DNA of 64,000 nucleotides, taken from Syncephalis fuscata S228 (lineage: Eukaryota; Fungi; Zoopagomycota). The notes below the pieces were generated by a model. That model searched no databases. It was not told the origin of the DNA and saw nothing but the letters and a program-made list of their open reading frames with translations. The position numbers and the translations under genes were made by a program. The stretch lies in NCBI GenBank assembly GCA_025786725.1, contig JAHLTZ010000024.1, positions 310,001-374,000 of the forward strand. Direction: 5' to 3'. Below, one piece after another: positions 54,601-64,000 of the stretch. Numbering within the stretch: position 1 is the stretch's first letter; every line of letters starts with the position of its first letter.

Positions 54601-55244
54601 CCACCGGTGATTGGGATGTAGTGGATAAGAGCGATATCTCAGCTTCTACATCTTCAGTAGATGTCAAAAAGGCAGATCTCGATGCAGCTGTTGCCTCTGC
54701 TTCGTCAGCACTATTTGGACAAAGCCAAGCTACTCCAGCACCAAGCTATAATCACGGTAATAACGTCGTATGGGCAGGTACGTAAATCGAATGATTAATT
54801 AGCAATAATTATTTACATCTATCTATTAGGCTCGTTTGAAGCACAGGCCATGTATGAATATGTTGGGCAAAATCCCGATGACCTTTCAATGACTGCTGGT
54901 GACATTATATTGGTGCAGCCATGTGCCGATTCAGAAAGTGACTGGTGGTTTGCCCGCAAGTTAAAAGGTGCCGATGCAGGACGTGAAGGATGGTTTCCTA
55001 TTAGCTATGTGCAGCGCCTAGATCAAGGTACAGCTACTACTGCACCAGCAGCACCGCCAACTGCTCCCACGTCCACTTCTATTGGGCAGGTGTTATATGA
55101 ATTCACAGCTCATGATGCGGGTGAATTAAGTGTGCAGCTGGACAACTGGTCGATGTACTTGATCGACAAGATCCAGACTGGTGGCGTGTTCGCTATAACG
55201 GTGGAGAAGGTCTAGTGCCAGCTGCTTATGTCCAACTTCAGTAA
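51672..55244 (+). CDS. Pan1/intersectin-like endocytic scaffold: two EH domains, coiled coil, NPF, two SH3 domains
   Basis: EH: RSKLSNSALARIW..LADT...LTFPEFAVAMYL and WAVTPEEKAAYDQVF...SGLSASALAQVWQLSD...EFAVAMHL. Pan1-like LIPPSTR and GYRSANRR. SH3: AMYEYVG...DLSMTAGD...DWW...EGWFPISYV and VLYEF...ELS...DWW...GLVPAAYV*. Frameshifts near 53600 and 55135. Confidence 0.88.
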
Positions 55245-56333
55245 TACTACTACTAATAGTTGCTTATTTTCGTTTTTATTTAGTTAAATAACATGTTTTA
55301 TCATATTAATGTGTGTTATGATTTAATGTAAAAGTAAATGTTGAATACTTATTAGTATTATTGAATTAAATATTGCAATGTAATTTAGATAGAGAAATGA
55401 ATAGAGTATATATAATGTATCTATAAGCTAGTATAGATATTCATAAGTAGTATTTAATCGAGTATGTAATTTATACTGAGTCATATCAGAGCGTAATGGT
55501 TACAATAATAATAGTCTGCTCAATATTTAATTACTTTAATTCAATATAGCTAATTACAGTATATCTGTGTATAGTGTATTACATACAATAAGTGTCAGTT
55601 GATGATTTATCATTGTATACGATCTGTGCGTAACAGATGACCAATAGCTAATGCACTGCTCACTACCATTGTACACACAAGACTAGCTGCATTTGACTGA
55701 AGCAGCCCGATAATCGTAGTCTAGTAATTGTACATTGCAGCAATTGTCACGTGGTTGATTTACATTGTTGTATGGCTGCACAGTTGATAACATCAGCAAT
55801 TAGTGTAATAGTTTATTATCAACAATGTATACAATTACCAGTTGGTACAATCAATTGATTTTTAATATTAATATTAAAATATGGTATTTATTTTTATAGT
55901 AATAGTCGCAGTGTTAAATAGAATGTATTTATGAATGAATTGCAATGAGGTTATGCACAGTAGTAGATATCTCTAAACTATGCATCCATTTACATCACAC
56001 ACTTTATAGGACGTGTCAAAAGCATGGTTTTTGTAAGAATTTACATCACATGTGCGCTGTACTATTGACATTACTACATCGACTGCACGAATACTGAGTA
56101 GACTGCAGTGAAAGCTATGCTGTATATGGCCATGCATTAATATACCGACACACGCATGGTTCAAACTATCATGCAAGTATGCTTCTACTAACTTGTATTG
56201 TACATGTACAGCACGCTGTGTTGCTATCTCGTCATAGCCATAGACTTAAATAGCACGCAAGATACACACAGCTAGCATTAGTACCATTACATTTATCCAT
56301 CCTAGTTGCTTATTGTAACAAATCATTATCAAC

Positions 56334-56791
56334 ATGAAGCTTTCTATTGCCGTAGTCTGTACTCTCGTTGTGACTTTTATAGCTGGTCCAGCCATGGTAG
56401 ACGCTAAACCAAGACGAATTCGCCGTGCTGTCGAGCCATCGGCTAGAAACAAATCTCCACCAGGTTTTAGTTTTCCGGCTACTGGATTGCCTAACGCAGG
56501 TTCCCCACCTCAGAATTCCCCCACTCCACGTTCTGAATTGCCTGATACTGCTTCTGTGCCTTCGTTTAGTCCTCCAACTCCTTCGGCTCCAACTTTTACG
56601 CTTCCAAAGGCCGTAAGCTTCCAAAGGGCTTTAGATTTCCAAAGGGCTTTAAATTTCCAAAGACTGTTAAGTTTCCACATGGCAAAAAGCCTAAAACGGC
56701 AAAGTACCAAAAGATACCAATTCCACCAGATTTTAGTTTTCCAAAAAACAATGAATCTTTGGGAAATCCTGAGTCCATAACCAAAAATTAA
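56334..56791 (+). CDS. Intronless secreted Pro-rich/cationic prepro-peptide, paralog of the micro-exon genes
   Basis: MKLSIAVVCTLVVTFIAGPAMVDAKPRRIRR... As assembled it ends at 56780. Restoring one G in the 17-nt first repeat unit (~56609) gives LPKGRKLPKGFRFPKGFKFPKTVKFPHGKKP...PPDFSFPKNNESLGNPESITKN* ending at 56791. Confidence 0.78.
56601..56677 (+). repeat. 18-bp coding tandem repeat (ttccaaagggctttaRat-like, ~4 units)
   Basis: cttccaaaggccgtaag cttccaaagggctttaga tttccaaagggctttaaa tttccaaagactgttaag tttcca. Confidence 0.85.
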
Positions 56792-57504
56792 GTAGCAATG
56801 GCGTGACTAGCTATAGAATAATTATGTATATATTCTGTAAAGAGCAAGATTATTTGACAACAGCCATTAATCCGTTTACATATCAAGTTTCAAGCAGTAA
56901 TTTAATTTATTTAATGATCAATTAATAACGCTATTATATAAACAACCAACAAGCCAACAGTCATTCATATTTATTCAAACTTATATTAATAAATACAAAG
57001 TGTTGCGCTTTTAATTAAAAAAATGTAACTTAAATGACAAAGTAATGTTTTATCTTATAGCGTTGGTTTTTAATGCTTATTAACGCTGCCTTAACGTTTA
57101 TTTAGCCAATATGACTTTAACATCTTTTTACACATATTCATAAATTTACTTCACCATATGTTATAGCTTTTATAACCAGTATATGACGAAGTCCAAAAAG
57201 ATACATTGTGATATTTATTAATTTTTATTAATGTTATGATGTGCTGTGGCTGTTTTAGCGTAATAATTTGTCTCTGCCATTCCTCTGCCAATTAAAGCAG
57301 TTGAGCATTTATAGCAGGTTAAATTCACGTGGTTCTTATCTTGATATCAGCCTTTTACTACTTTAGTTTGATAAACTATGAGTCATATAAATGTAATAAA
57401 ATCTTTAAAATGATTATCATTTAGACGATCGTGAGTATTTTATGCACTACGTAGTTTTATTTTTCTTTCGTTTTTTACCACTGCTACAAGGAATCTCGAC
57501 AAAC

Positions 57505-58585
57505 ATGGCACCCATTATTACGCATTGCATTTTCGATATGGATGGCTTGCTTATCGTAAGTATTAAAGCTATTTAGCAATGGCCTTTACTTACCTGCAAT
57601 TTATGGATAAAGGACTCTGAACGTGTTTACTCAGAGGTGACAAGTAAGAAATAGACGCCGCTACACATTATTATATCTATACTAACTAGAACTATAACAA
57701 CCAGACACGATATTGGAAGATATGGCCATGAGTTCACCTATGAACTAAAAGCACCTATGATGGGTCAAACAGCACACGGCGTAAGTGAAAAGATTAGCCA
57801 ATAAACCTGGCCACTCATTCAATCGATAGGCGGCCGAATACTTGATCAAAGCTACAGGTATTCCATTGACCATAGAAGTCTATCTTGAAGAGCGCAATCA
57901 AATGCAGGTAGGCAATAGTTGTATAAATAGCAATACAATTGTTTACATCTATTGTAGATGAAGCTTTTTGAATCCTGTCGTCCATTGCCTGGTGTCGAGG
58001 TATACTAACATTGCATTGGCACTTAATTGCACATTAACAAACATTTATTATAGCGCCTTATTAGACACTTGAAAAAGCATGGCATCCCCATTGCGGTAAT
58101 TATTTTATTAACACTTTTTATGCTTGCCTTACACTAATGCCAATGATACGCATTATGGTTAGGTGGCTAGCGGGTCTTACAAAGCCGCTTATGATATCAA
58201 GACCAAAAATAATCAAGATCTATTTTCACTTTTTGACTATATTATCCTAGGCGACGATCCAGCTATTAAAAACGGAAAGCCTGCTCCGGATATTTTCAAC
58301 GAGGCCAGACGGCAACTTGGATTGCCCGATGCTTCCGGCTGTCTCGTTTTTGAAGATGCTATTAATGGAGTTCACGCAGCGTTTAATGCTGGAATGCCGG
58401 TATGTTTAACATAGCAACTTATTATTGTTAATAATGACTAATATACTGATTATACTGTTATTTAGGTTGTATGGGTACCTGATCCTAGAGCGAACCGAAA
58501 TATTGAACCATCACCAACAGAAATACTTGATACCTTGGAACATTTCAATCCAACCACTTATGGTTTGCCTCCATTTGACGACTAA
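57505..58585 (+). CDS. HAD-superfamily phosphatase (HDHD1/pseudouridine-5'-phosphatase-like)
   Basis: MAPIITHCIFDMDGLLI|DSERVYSE, PLPGVE|RLIRHLKKHGIPIA, GDDPAIKNGKPAPDIF, CLVFEDAINGV, VVWVPDP, FNPTTYGLPPFDD*. Confidence 0.93.
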
Positions 58586-58651
58586 TTAAAATACTATAGT
58601 AGTTAAAATAAATGTATTACTATGGCTGAATAATAGTAATAGTTTATTTAC

Positions 58652-59446
58652 ATAAACACAGTAATGTTTGCTTGATAAATTAGAAAATGACGCGTTTTAC
58701 GCATAGACTAGTAAGATATATTGCAAACAAATCCTCTGTACCTATCTATAATAAACATTGATGTCAGTAACAGTACTGGGCCAGAAAAGCAGTGCAAAAA
58801 CAGGGAATAATACATATTGTAAAATAATAATGCTAAAAAGCAATACTGATGAATTAGAATGCTTGGTTAGTGGAAAAGAGCAAAGAGGAAGGCATTTGAT
58901 GACAAGGTAACAACGCATATAGTCGCTACAGTCATGGTATTGGCAACTGCACATACAGTAGCTGTATACAACAAATGTAGTGGCTATATACTGCCAAAGT
59001 CGCTGTATGCTTCAGTTTGCCATAGATTGTCACTACAATAGCATATTGCACTGTCACTGCTGAGATGGCAAAACTGTTGCCAGATAGATTGTAATTGTGA
59101 TCCATAACAAATAAAGCATATACGAGGCTTCAACAGTACATATTCAACATAGCACAGAACAAACCATAAATGTGCTTACTACGTTAATAAAGGTGCCAAA
59201 AAGCAATGATCAAAGTGAAAAAGGTGAATTACAAAAAGGTCAGATTACAAAAGAGCAATGCAAACACATAGTGTAGAAGGTGTTTGTACTTGACTAGTAG
59301 CCAGTCAACTACTGACACTATTTATATAACATATGTGGAGTGTACAAATACATGTAGTGGATATATGTTATCAAGTGTAAAGAAAGAGAAAAGAATGTGA
59401 TGACGTAGATTGTGAGATGTGAGCCTGTCATCAATATTTATAAACA
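58652..59446. repeat. ~800-bp unclassified dispersed repeat, inverted copy of 44116-44907
   Basis: Direct sequence match in reverse complement. Confidence 0.9.
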
Positions 59447-59644
59447 GCCGAGTTAAAAATAATAATGACAAAGTAATGAGTGTATTAAAATATAAAAGCT
59501 ATTTACTTTGAGTCCCTGCTTTAAACTAGGAACAAAAAAATCCATAACTCAAATAAACCGTCGAGCAGTTTTTAATACTGAAAGTGGTTTGTTGAAGCGA
59601 CGCTATGTCAATTCCGTTTGAATTAGCTAAAGTTGAACCAGTCC

Positions 59645-62070
59645 GCACTATTTTCAATATTTTATATTGGTTTTAATAGATGTTAGTCCATATTATTGTT
59701 GCTGTAAATATTTAAAGTATTATAATTAATATTTAATATAACTCACCATCCAGTTCCATGTTTAGTAGAACAATAAATGGTAGTTAATCAAGTATGTCAA
59801 TTTTGTCTTTTGATACTAGATCATATGAATCTATTTATTTAACTAGGAGCTATTGTACTTTGACTTTAATGTTTTTATTGACTCATTTCAACGTCTTTTC
59901 TTATTGTTATCTTGTCGTTTTATTCAGTAATATACTATACAATAATGTTAAATATAACAATATAAATAACACGCGCATTTAACATCAATAAATAACATTA
60001 TTCAATCCCTAGTCTTTATTTCTATTATTTCCATCAACACCTGTTCAAGTACTCAACGGCATGCCATATATTCTGTTACAGTTCCCACAAGCTCTTCCTG
60101 GTGAAGACACCAACCTATCATTATTGCATATGGTAAAAGCCATTTGCTTCATTGATGGTTGGCAAATAAACTGCGCCTACCAAGTTGATATCAAGAATGC
60201 TCAAGACAATAGTAAACATCAGAAACGCTAGTCTTCTACCTTCTTGTCACCATAGATGAGTATTTTACATCGCAAATATGCTCAAAACACAACAGTAAAA
60301 GGTTGAAAAATAGAAGAGGCCATTTAGATACAATAATCCATGCTGTACATAAATATAACAATAACAAATGTGGAATGACATGGAATCGCAATCATATGGC
60401 TTCAATTAATATTTGGTCAATCTTTCTACACATGCCCAACAACAACAATGATCGATCTCAAATGTTTCAAAGAAATCAAATAGTATGTTACATTGTTTAT
60501 TTAAATCAATTTAGTTAATGGTAGCAATATTAACAGCAATGCTAATCGTGTTTTATTTGCCAAAAGACTTTTAACAATATATTGGCGGCAAATACAGCTT
60601 AAAAATACAATACAAGAGCATGTTCTGTAAGAATTAGTATTAATAATGTTAAACAAACGTTTTTATTGAATAAATACCAACTATTAACAAAACAACTATC
60701 AAATAAAAATGTAATGTAAACAAAAATGATTTAATTAAAAAATAATATTAGACTGGTTTATTTAGAGCATTTTAGATATCAGATTTAGCAATTAACAATT
60801 TTGAATTACATAAAAGTATTATCGCTTTGATCAACTCAAATTAATTAGTTGGTGTATCAAGCAAGAGTGAAGAAATGCAAAATAAACCCGTTAACATGGC
60901 ATTTGTTATTGATGAACTAGAACAATCTACCCGTAACATTTATTCTTAAATGTTGCAGTAGTCGCACCAATATTCTAATCTAGAAAAGTTGTAAAATATG
61001 GCAAAAAAGCTTAAAAGGGTGCTGTGGCGGATTATTTAAACCGCTTGATTTGTATTAAATCTTATGGTATTATATTAACTAAATAAAAATAACTTTTTTA
61101 CAATAGTAAGCGCGCTATTGCTTTTATAATGTGGTTTGTCAGTTAACTAGCTATAATGGCCACGCATTAAATTAAACATTTGTTTTATTGAAGATGGAAC
61201 TGGGTGGTGTGTGTCATTGGCTATTAAACTATTTATTCATTATTATTATTATTATATAATACATATCTATCCTGTATACATATACTATATGCTCATGTAT
61301 ATCATTAATATTGTAGCTTGTAGAAACTGTACTAATAAAAGCTAAAAAAATATGGTTAACTGTATTCTTTTAGTAGATTTTGATTTATTTCGTTCATTAC
61401 TCTCGGCCAATTACATACAGTATAGTTTCGCTATCACTATTCACGTATTTGTTTTGTCTATTTATTTTGTTTTATAATATTCTATGCTTTATTGCCATGT
61501 TTTATTAAAAAACTATTTATGCTAATTTCAGCATACTGTTATTTGGCTATATGATAATGATAGCTTTTCTACTATTCATACCAATCTATGTCTATCAGCT
61601 TAACGATATATTATATACATTTTGTTAATTTACTTATTTATTAATGACTGGCAATCATTAGATGCAAATAGAACATGATTATAGATATAGTTAAGATGAA
61701 ACCATATGTTTATTACTATAAGCTTGCACAGTTGAATAGAAACAACTAATGCAAGTCTGTTGATAAAATAATGATTCCATTGATTAGAGACTGGATAAAC
61801 CGGAGCATTGGCCAAATTTGATATATAGATAGACAGGACGGCGTAGTTGTCAAATGGTCTTGATTTTTACCGAATATATACCTAAAGTGTATTGGACTAG
61901 TGGTTGATTGCACTACCGATGCTGATATCCTTATGGTTGTGGGTTATCTGCTTCTATAAATAACGATATTACATATCATATAGTTAATGTATAAGCTTGC
62001 GATATACAATGCTACTTACTGCCTATTAATATTAAATTGTTGGTACACATAGTGCATAACATGTAATTAA
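59645..62070. repeat. Inverted duplicate of 7385-9866
   Basis: Reverse-complement match including the last exon aagcagataacccacaaccataa. Confidence 0.92.
60114..60473 (+). pseudogene. Degenerate TnpB/Fanzor-like RuvC C-terminal fragment, copy 3
   Basis: PIIIAYG/FASLMVGK*TAPTKLISRMLKTIVNIRNAS/YLLVTIDEYFTSQICSKHNSKRLKNRRGHLDTIIHAVHKYNNNKCGMTWNRNHMASINIWSIFLHMPNNNNDRSQMFQR. Confidence 0.8.
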
Positions 62071-63015
62071 TGTATAGTCAGTTAATATACAATATTACCT
62101 ACCCCCTATTAATATTAAATAATTAGTACAATCAGTAAATAACAGTTAATGTATAGTCAGTTAATATACAACATCACTTACAATCTATTAATATTAAATA
62201 ATTAATGCCATTAATAAATAGTATGGTTAATATATAGCCAGCTAATATACAATACCACTTACGCCCTATTAATATCAAATAATAATACAATCAGTAAATA
62301 GCATAATTAATGTATAGTCAGTTGATATACAACATCACGTACCAGCTATTAATATTAAACAATTATACAATTAGTAAATACTATAGTTAATATAAAATCA
62401 ATTAATGTACAATACCACTTACGAGCTATTAATATTAAAAATTAATACACCAGTAAATAACATAATTAATATATAGTAGTTAATATATACTACTACTTAC
62501 CCCTATCAATATTAATAATTGACATGACAGCGAACAACATAGTTAATATATAGGCGATTAATATGCGATATACTTACAGCCTATTAACATTAAGTTATTT
62601 ATACGCATAATGCATAGTACATGGTTAATATATAGGCAGTTACTATACAATATCACTTACAGCCTATTAACATTAAGTTATTTATACGGATAATACATGT
62701 TAAATAGTTAGTGTATAGTCAGTTAATATACAATATCACTTACAGACTATTAATATTAAGTTATTTATACGTATAATACATGGCACATAATTAATGAATA
62801 GTCAGTTAATATATAGTATAACTTACAACCTATAGCATAATTAGTTAGAAATACTGTTAGTAAGCATAATAAATAATATATCTATTGTTATTGCACCATA
62901 CCACGGCGAACTAAGGCTGGTTTATCACTCATCATGGTTGGTCTAGCATCTATCATGGCTGTAGTGGCCACAAAGTCACGACGATAGTGCAAACGACGGC
63001 AATAGAAAGCTTCAT
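61931..63015 (-). CDS. Second micro-exon secreted peptide gene (13 exons, 11 micro-exons); two 1-nt deletions as assembled
   Basis: Exon 1 63015-62902. Micro-exons 62829 gtt, 62746 tct, 62663 gct, 62580 gct, 62502 gg(g?), 62425 ctc, 62345 ctg, 62265 ggc, 62184 att, 62105 ggg, 62022 gca. Last exon 61953-61931. With one base restored at ~62973 and one at ~62501: MKLSIAVVCTIVVTxVATTAMIDARPTMMSDKPALVRRGFCCWAPGHWGKADNPQP*. A pseudogene if the indels are real. Confidence 0.75.
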
Positions 63016-63684
63016 GGTGATATTACTTTGTTAAGACAAAAAAATAAGAGAGATGGTAGAGTGTGGTTGGTATAGAGTGTATAGTAGTGTATGTTTAGTA
63101 AGAAATAAAGTGTGATGATAATATCCCAGTTGGTTGTGTATATTTTGTGGGCTATTTAAACTTATGGCTACGCTGAGCTGCTAGTATACTGTATTAGACG
63201 AGATATACCATTGATGTGTAGTATGAGGCAATAAAGCGATTCAAGTAATGGCCTGAGGTATGCGCGTTTATTAATAGATTTATGGTGTGATAGTATGCTT
63301 TTTAGACTTGAATTCAGCCTGACCTGCCCCGATTTTAACCTGCCTAGCCTTAATTTTAACCTGCCTAATCCTTACTTTAATCTGTTAGTCATTTGCACGA
63401 GTACTGTAAGGTGTTCGTAATATAGTACATATACGATAAAAATAGATATGTTAACTTGTATTTTTTGTTACATGATCTAGATATCTGGTGAAAGCAAAAT
63501 ATTGTTTAGTTTTGTAAGCACGATAACAATGTATTTACTACCATTTCTACCGATTCGGTCCTCAATATCTGCATGCATAAAGAATAGCACACAACACTGA
63601 TACAAAAACAAGTTTAATGCATTAAACTGATACTTTATACAGATTTTTACTGCCTTGCATAAATCTGCCGTAATTTTTTAAATT
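63016..63684 (-). repeat. Diverged homolog of the upstream region 4306-4930 of the first micro-exon gene
   Basis: Alignable by eye, e.g. cacaaaatatacacaaccaactg and ctctataccaaccacactctac; visibly more diverged than the 3' flank. Confidence 0.8.
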
Positions 63685-64000
63685 AAACTATTGTTACGCT
63701 TCTAACTTTAGAAATCGCAACTTGAATGACCAAGCAACACATTATTCTGTCGCTATCCTATAGCGTTAATTTATGATGCTTATTAACGCTTACATTAACG
63801 CTCAGAATACAATGTGTTGTTTGGTTGTATTGCTTTTATAATAAATTATTTCTTATTGGTCATTAATTGCCACAGTTTAGCTATAATAAACTGAATAACT
63901 TGTATGACACTAAGTAGAAATAATATTGGACTAGAAACTTGATTATTCCTTTATTGATATTGAATAAAGCTATCATTATATAGTAAACATAACTAATAAT

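Noticed and set aside
60541-60960. Possible decayed coding sequence next to the Fanzor relic (also 8500-8930)
   Set aside because: Short stop-interrupted frames with no motif I can identify.
62020-62829. Homology of GFCCWAP... to alpha-conotoxins
   Set aside because: Only a CC dipeptide is shared, the later cysteines are absent, and the sequence depends on an indel correction.
63330-63390. ttttaacctgccta repeats as telomere-like sequence
   Set aside because: Only 2-3 imperfect ~21-bp units at an internal position; a local microduplication.
1-64000. tRNA, rRNA or snRNA genes
   Set aside because: None recognised by eye; a covariance-model scan would be needed to exclude them.

Overview
AT-rich, gene-dense eukaryotic DNA with short GT-AG introns. 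Gene content indicates a fungus, probably an early-diverging lineage; a Zoopagomycota/Mucoromycota-like origin is an inference only. The window holds about 18 conserved genes, including RLI1, TAF12, PRE4, RAD54, INCENP, COA5, TMEM41, DPB11/TopBP1, a C2H2 factor, nucleoredoxin, UTP6, Pan1/intersectin-like and a HAD phosphatase. Several carry single-base frameshifts that look like homopolymer assembly errors. The main discovery is absent from the ORF track: a family of secreted prepro-peptide genes (signal MKLSIAVVCT..., Kex2-type RR site) whose mature peptide is written essentially one codon per exon. At 4931-7523 (+), 30 micro-exons (29 of 3 nt, one of 6 nt) separated by 31 homologous 66-80 nt phase-1 introns splice into a 70-aa precursor with the six-cysteine peptide GSYEECKACMVVCKDRGELSKEQCQGKCYNQCKADNPQP. 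A second copy (63015-61931, -) uses the same scaffold with 11 micro-exons to spell a different peptide. A third, intronless paralog (56334) carries an unrelated Pro/Lys/Phe-rich mature region. Three degenerate TnpB/Fanzor-like RuvC fragments lie beside the micro-exon genes. All gene models were assembled by eye, without alignment or transcript data.
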